This document shows positions 16,629 to 24,000 of a stretch of 24,000 nt of DNA, one piece after another. The DNA is taken from NCBI GenBank assembly GCA_051861205.1, contig JBHYDC010000010.1, positions 65,979-89,978 on the forward strand. Direction: 5' to 3'. Within the stretch, counting starts at the first letter, position 1. Every line of letters starts with the position of its first letter. Below the pieces are notes generated by a model. That model saw nothing but the letters and a program-made list of their open reading frames with translations, was not told the origin of the DNA and did no database searches. The position numbers and the translations under genes are program-made. Source of the DNA: Oharaeibacter sp. (GTDB taxonomy: Bacteria > Pseudomonadota > Alphaproteobacteria > Rhizobiales > Pleomorphomonadaceae).

Positions 16629-17537
16629 ATGCGTTTCCCGGCAATCCTTGGCGCCGCTCTCGCCGCCACCCTCACAATCGGCGCAGCCCAAGCCGAGGCC
16701 GTCGTCGTCTCCTCCAAGATCGACACCGAAGGCGGCGTGCTCGGCAACATCATCCTCGCCGCGCTGTCGGCCAAGGGGGTTGCGGTGGAGGATCGGGTAC
16801 AACTCGGCGGCACCCCCGTCGTGCGCAAGGCGATCACCGGCGGCGAGATCGACATCTACCCCGAATACACCGGCAACGCCGCCTTCTTCTTCAACAAGGC
16901 CGACGATCCGATCTGGAAGGATGCCGCCAAGGCCTATGAGGAAGCCAAGAAGCTCGACTATGACGCTAACAAGATCGTCTGGCTCACGCCATCGCCCGCC
17001 AACAACACCTGGGCCATCGCGATCCGCAAGGAAGTCGCCGAGGCCAACAAGCTGAGCACGCTCACCGAATTCGGCGCCTGGGTCGCGGGCGGCGGTGAGG
17101 TGGTCCTCGCCGGTTCGGCCGAGTTCGTGAATTCCCCCGCCGCACTGCCCTCGTTCCAGTCCACCTACGGCTTCACGCTGAAGCCCGAGCAGCTCATCGT
17201 CCTCTCCGGCGGCGACACCGCAGCCACCATCAAGGCCGCCACCGACCAAACCAACGGCGCCAACGCCGCCATGGTCTACGGCACCGACGGCGGCATCGCC
17301 CCCTCCGGCCTCGTCGTCCTCACCGACGACAAAGGCGTCCAGCCGGTCTATCAGGCTACCCCTATCATCCGCGAGGAGGTGCTGAAGGCAAACCCTGAGA
17401 TCGCCGACATTCTCAAGCCCATCTTCGAGGCGCTCGACCTCGTGACGCTGCAGGAACTCAACGGCCGCGTGCAAGTGGGCGGCGAACCCGCGAAGGCGGT
17501 CGCGGAAGAGTATCTCAGGGGCAAGGGGTTCATCTGA
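16629..17537 (+). CDS. OpuAC/OsmF-YehZ-type glycine betaine/osmoprotectant ABC substrate-binding protein (no cognate permease or ATPase in window)
   Basis: 302 aa. It has a signal peptide (MRFPAILGAALAATLTIGAAQAEA), and IDIYPEYTGNA and NTWAIAIRKEVA resemble the OpuAC family. An AAGGA Shine-Dalgarno is present. Confidence 0.7.
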   Translation: MRFPAILGAALAATLTIGAAQAEAVVVSSKIDTEGGVLGNIILAALSAKGVAVEDRVQLGGTPVVRKAITGGEIDIYPEYTGNAAFFFNKADDPIWKDAAKAYEEAKKLDYDANKIVWLTPSPANNTWAIAIRKEVAEANKLSTLTEFGAWVAGGGEVVLAGSAEFVNSPAALPSFQSTYGFTLKPEQLIVLSGGDTAATIKAATDQTNGANAAMVYGTDGGIAPSGLVVLTDDKGVQPVYQATPIIREEVLKANPEIADILKPIFEALDLVTLQELNGRVQVGGEPAKAVAEEYLRGKGFI

Positions 17538-17571
17538 TCCGCACCAGCCGCCAAGTAACCCGCGTGCCTTC

Positions 17572-17628
17572 CCTTCTCCCCTTGTGGGAGAAGGTGCCGC
17601 GCGAGCGGCGGATGAGGGGTGGGTGGGG
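17572..17628. repeat. Intergenic palindromic repeat element: hairpin CCTTCTCCC-cttgt-GGGAGAAGG followed by GTGCC..GCGGATGAGGGG
   Basis: The 9-bp stem was read directly. The reverse-strand translation gives the PPLIRRSRGTFS.. peptide that I recall as typical of a repeat family scattered in Rhizobiales intergenic regions. Confidence 0.65.
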
Positions 17629-17697
17629 ACGGGTGGGACGGATAAGGAGTGGCTCTGGAAGGAGCGGAGAGACACCTCCACCGTCGCTGCCGCGACA

Positions 17698-17720
17698 CTT
17701 TCTCCCGAAAGGGGAGAAGG
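17698..17720. repeat. Second copy of the hairpin core (CTTTCTCCC-gaaag-GGGAGAAGG)
   Basis: It has the same TTCTCCC/GGGAGAA stem in the same orientation, about 126 bp after the first copy. Confidence 0.6.
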
Positions 17721-17849
17721 AGGAACGTGGCGCACCGCCCAAGCCCGCCCCGTCTACCCATCCCCCTTCAACTTTCCCCTCCCGCTTTGCCCCAATCGGC
17801 GCTAAGGTCCGGCCGGATCGATAAGATCGACAAGAATTGGGGGGATCAC

Positions 17850-18773
17850 ATGGGTATGCGTTTGGGTCTCTTGGCCGCTGTGGCCATGGTTGCGTTCGGG
17901 TCTGCGGCGCAGGCGGCGGGTGAGCGGGTTGCGGTTGTCACGCCGTATCTTTCGGCCGTCGCCACCAAGCAGATGGTCGATGCGTTCCAGGCCGAAGCCG
18001 CGACTGCCGGTTGGACCGTGGACGTGGTGGACACCGCCGGCGACATGGGCGCCTTCGCCAGCCGCATCGAGGACGTGACCAGCTCCGGCGTCAACGCCAT
18101 CGTGCTCGTGTCGGTGGACCCGGCGCAGGTTCAGGGTCAGGTCGACAAGGCCAAGGCCGCGAACATCCCCGTCATCACCATCGACGGCGCCAAGAACGCC
18201 TCGACCGCGCTCAACGTCACCTCCGACAACTACGTCCTCGGCAAAACCATGTCGGAGTTCCTCCTGAAATCGATCGGCGGCAAGGGCGAGGTCGCGCGCC
18301 TGTTCCATTCGGCTCACCCCGGCGTGCGCCAGCGCGAGATCGCTTTTGACGACGTGCTGAAGGCAAACCCGGACGTGAAGCAGATCGGCGAACATTTCGT
18401 TCAGGTCCCGGGCCAGATCGAAGACGCGCAGAAGGCAATCGATTCCATCCTCCTCGCCAACCCGGGTGACGGCGCGATCGATGCGGTCTGGGCTGCCTGG
18501 GACGAGCCAGGCATCGGCGCCAACCTCGCTATCGAAGCAGCCGGCCGCAAGGGCATCGTGATCGCCGGCATCGACGGCAATCCCCAGGCGATCGAGCTGA
18601 TCAAGGGCTGCACGTCCTACATCGGCACCGTTCGCCAGGGCTTTGGCGACATGTCCAAAATCGCGGCCAAGGAACTCGGCGCGGTTCTCGCCGGCGGCGC
18701 CCCGTCGGCCACCGAACTCTATGCCCCGGTGGAGCTGATCACCCGCGAAAGCCTGGGCGTCACCTGCAACTGA
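17850..18773 (+). CDS. Sugar ABC transporter periplasmic binding protein (PBP type I, RbsB-like)
   Basis: It has a signal peptide (MGMRLGLLAAVAMVAFGSAAQAA), and VAVVTPYLS.., NAIVLVSVDP and IPVITIDG are typical of CUT2 binding proteins. The ATG at 17850 is preceded by GGGGGA. The ORF-track start at 17649 lies in the repeat region. Confidence 0.8.
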   Translation: MGMRLGLLAAVAMVAFGSAAQAAGERVAVVTPYLSAVATKQMVDAFQAEAATAGWTVDVVDTAGDMGAFASRIEDVTSSGVNAIVLVSVDPAQVQGQVDKAKAANIPVITIDGAKNASTALNVTSDNYVLGKTMSEFLLKSIGGKGEVARLFHSAHPGVRQREIAFDDVLKANPDVKQIGEHFVQVPGQIEDAQKAIDSILLANPGDGAIDAVWAAWDEPGIGANLAIEAAGRKGIVIAGIDGNPQAIELIKGCTSYIGTVRQGFGDMSKIAAKELGAVLAGGAPSATELYAPVELITRESLGVTCN

Positions 18774-18778
18774 CATCC

Positions 18779-20278
18779 GTGCTCTCCGTCACCGGACTGA
18801 CCAAAGCTTTCGGCGAGACCCGCGCCCTCGGCGGTGTCGACCTCAAGGTCGGCGCCGGTGAGGTCGTGGGCCTCGTCGGCCATAATGGCGCGGGCAAATC
18901 CACGCTGATCAAATGCCTCGTCGGCGCCGAAATCCCGGATAGCGGTCTGATCGCGGTCGACGGCTGCGCTCAGACGTTCCGAGGCACCCAAGACGCGCGC
19001 GCGGCCGGCATCCGCGTCATCCACCAGGATCCGCAACTCGTTCCCGCCTTCAACGCCGTCGAGAACGCCTTCCTCGGCCTCGACCCGCCGACCCGCTTCA
19101 CCCTCGTTGACACCGCCGCCATGCGCCGCCGCGTGAGCGCGCTCGCCCGCGATTTCGCGCCGGGCCTGCCGCTCGGCATTCCCGCCGCCGAACTTCCCGC
19201 CGCCATGCGCCAACTCGTCGCGATCTTGCGCGCCCTCAGCGATCGCGGCCGCATCCTCATCCTCGACGAACCCACCGCCGCGCTGTCCGCCGAGGAGGCC
19301 GACCGCCTGATCGCCGCCGTGCACCGCCTTCGGGGGGAGGGGCTCGGCATCCTCTACGTCAGCCACCGGCTCGGCGAAGTCCTTGATATAGCCGACCGCG
19401 TTGTCGTGATGCGCGACGGCCTCGTCACCGCCGAGCGCCCCACCGCCGGCCTCACGACGGATGACCTCGTGCGCCTCATGGTCGGCGACGCCGCACCCCC
19501 CATCCCTGCCGAAACCAGCACCCCCGGCCCCGCCGTTCTCTCGCTCCAATCCGTCGTCATGCGCCCCGGCACGCCGCCGATTTCGCTCGACGCACGGGCA
19601 GGGGAGATCACCGTGCTCTACGGCCTCGTCGGCTCCGGCCGCTCACGCCTTCTGCACACGATCTGGGGCGCGCGCGCCCACGCCGCGGGAATCATGACGC
19701 TGCAATCGCGGCCCTACCGTCCGAACACCCCCGCCGACGCCATCCATGCCGGCCTTGCCTTCGTGCCGGATGACCGCCGCCGCAACGCCCTCGTCGGCGA
19801 TCTGCCGCTCGTCGCCAACCTCACGCTCCCGCGTCTCTCCGACTTCACGCGCGGCCCGTTGATCGACACCGCGCGCGAGGCCAAAGCCTTCGTCTCCGCC
19901 GCAAGCCGTCTTCGAATCGTCCACCGCTCGGCGGAGCAGGGCGCTCTCACCCTGTCCGGCGGCAACCAGCAAAAGCTCGTCTTCGCACGCTGGACTGACC
20001 GTGTCCCGACGCTGCTCTTGCTCGACGAGCCCACCGAGGGCGTCGACGCCCGCTCGAAGTCGGAGATCCACGGCATCATCCGCGAAACCGCCGCCTCCGG
20101 CGCCGCCGTCCTCGTCGCCACCTCCGACCGCGACGAGGCCCTCGCGCTCGGCGATCGCATCCTCGTCATGCGTGAAGGTGCCATCGTCGACCGTATTTCG
20201 CGCGCTGAGGCAACGCCCGCGCGCGTCACCGCCAGCGCCCATCACGAACCCGGAAAAGTAGCCAGAAACGCCCGATGA
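18779..20278 (+). CDS. Sugar ABC transporter ATP-binding protein (duplicated ABC domains, RbsA-like)
   Basis: 499 aa with a GTG start. Domain 1 has Walker A GHNGAGKST, and an ILILDEPTAAL motif is present. The second domain has GLVGSGRS, LSGGNQQK and LLLLDEPTEGVD. Confidence 0.88.
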   Translation: MLSVTGLTKAFGETRALGGVDLKVGAGEVVGLVGHNGAGKSTLIKCLVGAEIPDSGLIAVDGCAQTFRGTQDARAAGIRVIHQDPQLVPAFNAVENAFLGLDPPTRFTLVDTAAMRRRVSALARDFAPGLPLGIPAAELPAAMRQLVAILRALSDRGRILILDEPTAALSAEEADRLIAAVHRLRGEGLGILYVSHRLGEVLDIADRVVVMRDGLVTAERPTAGLTTDDLVRLMVGDAAPPIPAETSTPGPAVLSLQSVVMRPGTPPISLDARAGEITVLYGLVGSGRSRLLHTIWGARAHAAGIMTLQSRPYRPNTPADAIHAGLAFVPDDRRRNALVGDLPLVANLTLPRLSDFTRGPLIDTAREAKAFVSAASRLRIVHRSAEQGALTLSGGNQQKLVFARWTDRVPTLLLLDEPTEGVDARSKSEIHGIIRETAASGAAVLVATSDRDEALALGDRILVMREGAIVDRISRAEATPARVTASAHHEPGKVARNAR

Positions 20279-21210
20279 CCCGCGCCCCTCTCCACCGCTA
20301 CGGCACGCTTCTCGCGTTCGCCGTCATCTGCGCCGGCTTCGCCGTGGCCTCACCGGGCGCCTTCGCATCGGGCGCGAATGTGCTGAACCTCCTCCAGCAA
20401 CTCACCACGCTGGCCATCGTCGCCGTGGCCGCAACCATCGTGATGATCGCGGGCGAGTTCGATCTTTCCGTCGGCTTCACCGCCTCGCTGTCCGCCGTGA
20501 TCTGCTTCGCGTTGTTCGGCGCGGGTGTCGCCGTCCCGGTCGCGATCGCCCTTGCGCTCACGGCTGGCCTCATCGCGGGCCTCGCCAACGGCATCCTGGT
20601 CGCGCGGTTTGAGGTCCCGTCCTTTGTCGCCACGCTCGCCGTCGGCACCATCCTGTCCGGCCTGGCCTATTGGGCGTCCGGCGGATCCAGCCTGTTTTCC
20701 GGCGTGCCGGACAGCTTCAAGGCGCTTGGGCGTGGCACGCTTCTCGGCATCCCCGTCCTTGCCTATTGGATGGCCGGCGTCATGCTCCTGGCCGCCGTCG
20801 TGCTCGCGCGCAGCCCCTTCGGCCGCCGTCTCCACGCCATCGGCGGCAACCGTGAGGCGGCGCGTCTCGCCGGTCTACCGGTCCGCCGCGACCGCATCGC
20901 CGCCTTCGCGATCGCTGGATTGCTCGCCGCGCTCGCCGGCCTGCTGCTCGCCGCCCGCCTCGGCAGCGTCCAGCATACGATGGGCGAGGCGATGCTGCTG
21001 CCCGCCTACGCCGCCGTTTTCCTCGGCACCACCACCTCGCGCACCGGCACGCCGAACATTCCCGGCACGTTGCTCGGCGTCGCCATCGCGGGCGTGGTCG
21101 CCAACGGGCTGACAATTCTGGGCGCTGAAACCTATGTTCAGCGCATGGTCACCGGCGGCGTCATCATCGCCGCCGTCCTCACCCGCCAACTCGGCAAGAG
21201 CACGCGATGA
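20275..21210 (+). CDS. Sugar ABC transporter permease (RbsC-like)
   Basis: 311 aa multi-pass hydrophobic protein. It contains GEFDLSVG, and its HAIGGNREAARLAGLPV motif is typical of CUT2 permeases. It has 4-nt overlaps with both neighbours. Confidence 0.85.
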   Translation: MTRAPLHRYGTLLAFAVICAGFAVASPGAFASGANVLNLLQQLTTLAIVAVAATIVMIAGEFDLSVGFTASLSAVICFALFGAGVAVPVAIALALTAGLIAGLANGILVARFEVPSFVATLAVGTILSGLAYWASGGSSLFSGVPDSFKALGRGTLLGIPVLAYWMAGVMLLAAVVLARSPFGRRLHAIGGNREAARLAGLPVRRDRIAAFAIAGLLAALAGLLLAARLGSVQHTMGEAMLLPAYAAVFLGTTTSRTGTPNIPGTLLGVAIAGVVANGLTILGAETYVQRMVTGGVIIAAVLTRQLGKSTR

Positions 21211-22646
21211 GCGGCATTCTGATCCTCGACGTCGGCACAAGCGCCCTCAAAGCCGTCCTGTTCAACCCGAACGGCACCGTCGCCGCCTCCGCCGATGCCG
21301 GATACGGCGAACCGCTCGCCCCCCATCGCCAGGATCCGAACGCGTGGTGGCGCGCGGCATGCGACGCTGTCCGCGCGCTCGGCCCGATCCAGCCGAACGC
21401 CATCGGCCTGTCCGGCACCATGGAAAACCTGATCCCGGTGGACGGGGAGGGCGCCCCGGTCGGCCCTGCCATCCTCTATTCGGACCCCTGCGGCGCCCCC
21501 TATCTCGCCCGCGCCGCAGGCAACCTCGCCGCCATAGACGCACCGCGCCTTCTCGGCAATCCGCCCGAGCCGCTGATGTCCGCGTTCAAGCTGCAATGGC
21601 TCGCCGATCACGACCCCGCCGTCCACGCCGCCGCCCGCTGGTTCTTGTTATCCGCGAAAGACGCGCTCGCGCTGCGCATGACCGGCGTCGCCGCCACCGA
21701 CCCGATTTCGGCCTCCACCTCCGGCCTCATGGGTATGCGCACCCGCGACTGGTCGCCGACGCTCTTCGCCGCGCTTGCCATCGAACAAAGCCGGCTGCCG
21801 CCGATCCGCCCGTCCGGCGCCATCCTCGGCCCGCTCAGCGCACAAGCCGCCGCTGAACTCGGCCTGCCGCAGGGTCTTCCCGTCATCAACGGCTGCGGCG
21901 ATGCCGGCGCCACCACCGTCGGCTCGGCCTGCGCGGAGGAGGGCGACGTCAGCTTGTATTTGGGCACCTCCGGCTGGGTCGCCCGCGTCGTATCCGACGC
22001 CCGCATCGCCGAGCCCCGGCCCGTCTATCGTCTCGCTCACCCGGCGGACGGCCTCACGATCGAGATCACGCCCATCCTCTCCGCCGGCGCCGCCACGGCC
22101 TGGGCCCGCGCCACGCTCTCGCTGGACACGGCTGCCGCCGAAGCTCTCCTCGCGGAAGCCGATCGCAACCCGCCGGACCTCGTGTTCCTGCCGTATCTCA
22201 TCGGCGAGCGATCGCCCTTTGCCGATCCCGATGTGCGCGGCGCCTTCATCGGCCTTTCCGCCGACCACGGCCCCGCCGCGCTCTATTATGCCGTGCTTGA
22301 AGGCGTATCCTTCGCCATCGCCGCCAATCTCGCAGACCTCGCCAGCGAGCCCAACCTGCGCATCCGCCTCGCCGGCGGCGGCGCCACAAGCCGCCTCTGG
22401 CCGCAAATCCTAGCCGACATTCTCGGCCGCCCCGTCGGCGTCCCCGCCGACCCCGCGCTCGCCACCGCCCACGGCGCCTTCAGCATCGCCGCCACCGCCC
22501 TCGGCTGGCCAGACCACGCCCAAAGCGCCGTAACCCTCATCACGCCGCGCCCAGACCGCCAACCCCGCGCCAACCACCTATCCACCATCTTCCAACACGC
22601 CACCACCTTCGCCCGAAGCGTCGGACAGCGCCTGTCGGCGCGCTGA
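21207..22646 (+). CDS. FGGY-family carbohydrate kinase
   Basis: 479 aa. It has an N-terminal LILDVGTSALKAVLF (actin-like ATPase phosphate-1 motif), plus GCGDAGATTVG and FLPYLIGERSP. The start is translationally coupled to the permease stop. Confidence 0.8.
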   Translation: MSGILILDVGTSALKAVLFNPNGTVAASADAGYGEPLAPHRQDPNAWWRAACDAVRALGPIQPNAIGLSGTMENLIPVDGEGAPVGPAILYSDPCGAPYLARAAGNLAAIDAPRLLGNPPEPLMSAFKLQWLADHDPAVHAAARWFLLSAKDALALRMTGVAATDPISASTSGLMGMRTRDWSPTLFAALAIEQSRLPPIRPSGAILGPLSAQAAAELGLPQGLPVINGCGDAGATTVGSACAEEGDVSLYLGTSGWVARVVSDARIAEPRPVYRLAHPADGLTIEITPILSAGAATAWARATLSLDTAAAEALLAEADRNPPDLVFLPYLIGERSPFADPDVRGAFIGLSADHGPAALYYAVLEGVSFAIAANLADLASEPNLRIRLAGGGATSRLWPQILADILGRPVGVPADPALATAHGAFSIAATALGWPDHAQSAVTLITPRPDRQPRANHLSTIFQHATTFARSVGQRLSAR

Positions 22647-22829
22647 AACCGCGTCGTTGAGCCAAGCTCACCCGTTGCAAATGAAATAGGGGGCGGCGCA
22701 TGCCAATAGTCCGTTCCGCTAGGCCGCCCAATCCATCGGCACGCTGCATCCCATGCTGTGCCGAGACAAGACGAGCCTAGTCAACGCACCTCCATCAAGC
22801 GCCCCGTAGATGCGATTCGCATAAGGAAG

Positions 22830-22857
22830 ATTATGGAACTTATGTATATCCCATAAT
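22830..22857. terminator. AT-rich inverted repeat ATTATGG-N14-CCATAAT immediately after the recX stop
   Basis: Read directly. It sits in a locally low-GC patch (about 22810-22860) between the convergent kinase and recX genes. The stem is weak, so its function is uncertain. Confidence 0.3.
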
Positions 22858-22861
22858 CCAG

Positions 22862-23431
22862 TTATTCGCCCCCATCTCCCGCCAGTTCCGCCTCAGCCGT
22901 CTCCCGGTCCATCCCCACCACCCTCCGGGCATCGCCCAGCGAGAACCCGTTGCGGCACAGCGCGGCCAGATCGCGGCGGTCGGCTTCTCGCACGTCGGCC
23001 GGCACGCGATTGCGCCACGGACCCAGCCGTTTGCGGCGTGCGAACAGCAGCGCTGCGGTGCGATCGTCGGTGTCGTCGCCGGTCAGCGCGGCCGTCGTGG
23101 TCTCGCGGTCGACGCCTTTGGCGGAGAGCTTGGCGGCGATCTTGGCGGCGGACAAACCCTTGCGCCGGCTTGATGATACCTTCGATGCCGCGAACGCCTG
23201 ATCGTCCACCACGCCCAGCGTCCGGCAATCCTCCAGCACCGCCGCAATCGCCTCCGCCGCTTGCTCCGGATCGATCGTGGTCCCGTCCAGGCTCGCCCAG
23301 CGCTTCAGCTTGCGCGCCAAAATCCGAGACAAATGCGCCTCCGACGCCGAATAGCGCTGGAGATAATGCCACGCCGCGCGGCGCAGTCGGTCGCGGTTCG
23401 GCGGCACGGAGGGTGAGTCGAACTCGGTCAT
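22862..23431 (-). CDS. recX: RecA regulator RecX
   Basis: The repeated three-helix pattern and its sequence resemble the RecX family (RLRRAAWHYLQRYSASEAHLSRILARKL, LGVVDDQAFAASKVSSSRRKGLSAAKIAAKLSAKGVDRE, ALLFARRKRLGPW). The ATG at residue 24 of the ORF-track entry (MTEFDSP) is preferred over the TTG at 23500. Confidence 0.8.
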   Translation of the reverse strand: MTEFDSPSVPPNRDRLRRAAWHYLQRYSASEAHLSRILARKLKRWASLDGTTIDPEQAAEAIAAVLEDCRTLGVVDDQAFAASKVSSSRRKGLSAAKIAAKLSAKGVDRETTTAALTGDDTDDRTAALLFARRKRLGPWRNRVPADVREADRRDLAALCRNGFSLGDARRVVGMDRETAEAELAGDGGE

Positions 23432-23588
23432 CGCATCGTTGCACCATGGGTGCCCGCCACCGTCAACCGGCGGCGGAAACGGGGCAGCTTGCAAAGACAA
23501 GTCCTTGCACTCACATTGGTTTCAGCCTCAGAATCTCGAAATCCGGTGCGCCTAAATCCCGGAAACTCAAGATTTACAAGGCAAACAG

Positions 23589-23616
23589 TTGACTCCAGTT
23601 ACCTTGCCCCTATCTT
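23589..23616 (+). promoter_or_regulatory. Sigma-70-like promoter TTGACT-N16-TATCTT
   Basis: Read directly. The -10 element ends 35 nt upstream of the ATG at 23652. Confidence 0.5.
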
Positions 23617-23620
23617 AGAA

Positions 23621-23641
23621 TGCAAATCATTCGCAATTGCA
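23621..23641. promoter_or_regulatory. Dyad TGCAA-atcattcgcaa-TTGCA with an AATCATT core; candidate Fur/Mur-family (Mn/Fe-responsive) operator
   Basis: TGCAAATCATTCGCAATTGCA lies between the -10 element and the start codon of a metal-binding protein gene. It contains the central AATCATT of the classical Fur box, and its 5-bp ends are self-complementary. Confidence 0.45.
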
Positions 23642-23651
23642 GCCCCTCGCC

Positions 23652-24000
23652 ATGGTCGAACTCAGCCGACGAGACCTCCTAGCCGCCCTCGGCGCGCTTG
23701 CCTTCATGGGCGGTTCCGGCCTGTCATCCGCCGTTGCCGCCGCGCCCGGCGTCGCCGGATCAGACCTCTCGCTTGTCGCCACCACCGGCATGCTGGCCGA
23801 TGCCGTTCGCACCGTGGGCGGGCCGCGCGTCGCCGTCACCGCCCTCATGGGCCAGGGCGTGGACCCGCACGCCTACCGCCAAACCCGGTCCGATATTGCC
23901 GCCATGGTCCGAGCCGACGCGGTTTTCGCTCACGGGCTCTATCTCGAAGCCCAGCTTGAAGACTTCCTCATGCGCGTCGGCGAGAAGAAGCCGGCTCGCT
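23652..24000 (+). CDS. Metal (Mn/Zn/Fe) ABC transporter substrate-binding protein, TroA/MntC/SitA-like, 5' partial (runs off the window)
   Basis: This frame is not in the ORF track because it has no stop. My translation is MVELSRRDLLAALGALAF..(Tat-like signal)..LVATTGMLADAVRTVGGPRVAVTALMGQGVDPHAYRQTRSDIAAMVRADAVFAHGLYLEAQLEDF, which matches the cluster-9 metal SBP pattern (GxGxDPHxY..DxxxxxxADxxxxxGLxLE). Confidence 0.75.
   Translation, partial: MVELSRRDLLAALGALAFMGGSGLSSAVAAAPGVAGSDLSLVATTGMLADAVRTVGGPRVAVTALMGQGVDPHAYRQTRSDIAAMVRADAVFAHGLYLEAQLEDFLMRVGEKKPAR

Noticed and set aside
16344-17735. 463-aa ORF on the minus strand opposite the OpuAC SBP, running into the repeat region
   Set aside because: It is antisense to a signal-peptide-bearing SBP with a good Shine-Dalgarno. 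It has Gly/Asp/Glu-rich shadow-frame composition and crosses intergenic repeats.
17351-17824. ORFs 17351..17761, 17530..17742, 17564..17824 and 17584..17805 in the SBP / sugar-operon spacer
   Set aside because: They are generated by the palindromic repeat elements (PLIR..GTFS and GEKV..RMRG peptides) and overlap each other in several frames.
22840-22849. BioR-box-like TTATGTATAT
   Set aside because: It has two mismatches to TTATMKATAA. It lies about 6.5 kb from bioB, downstream of two convergent genes, and no site occurs in the true bioB upstream region.
23450-23959. 169-aa Arg-rich plus-strand ORF over the recX upstream region and metal SBP gene
   Set aside because: A different frame starting at ATG 23652 gives a clean Tat-signal plus TroA-family sequence. 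The listed ORF is a shadow frame spanning an intergenic region.
1-24000. Cobalamin riboswitch, CRISPR array, IS/transposase, integrase, rRNA or prophage content
   Set aside because: I found no B12-box-like core upstream of any cob gene, and the spacers are too short. There are no regularly spaced direct repeats and no transposase or integrase-like ORFs in any frame. This conclusion is limited to inspection by eye.

Overview
High-GC (roughly two-thirds G+C by eye) chromosomal segment that looks alphaproteobacterial, probably Rhizobiales. The evidence is a bioBFDA operon ending in a FabH-like bioZ, a GGAAC-N16-CGTT sigma-EcfG-type promoter, and hairpin repeats of the 'PLIR..GTFSP' type. Product names come from motif recognition in the supplied translations only; no database search was possible.

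Gene content, left to right:
- LysR-type regulator (-).
- higBA toxin-antitoxin cassette (+). The toxin is frameshifted in a C10 homopolymer.
- Lysine-catabolic pair amaB-gcdH (+), followed by a HAD hydrolase (+).
- Small hypothetical gene (-).
- Two-gene YsnF/DUF2382 stress operon (-) with an EcfG-type promoter.
- Cobalamin late-step genes cobC (-), cobD/cbiB (+), cobQ (-) and cobO (-).
- bioB-bioF-bioD-bioA-bioZ (-), directly upstream of cobO on the same strand.
- Orphan OpuAC-type osmoprotectant-binding protein (+).
- CUT2-type sugar ABC transporter plus FGGY kinase operon (+).
- recX (-).
- The 5' part of a TroA-family metal-binding protein gene (+).

I see no CRISPR array, IS element, integrase, rRNA gene or convincing full-length tRNA, and no clear novel multi-gene system. 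This is mostly ordinary core-metabolism DNA. The leads most worth a second look are:
1. The higB frameshift at the C10 tract, with twin 17-bp palindromic operators upstream.
2. A tRNA-like T-arm/acceptor relic in the one non-overlapping junction (bioF-bioD) of the bio operon.
3. Co-location of the glutaryl-CoA-consuming gcdH and amaB with the glutaryl-CoA-dependent bioZ route.
4. The near-absence of intergenic space at the divergent cobC/cbiB starts.
5. A promoter plus Fur/Mur-like dyad in front of the metal transporter gene.
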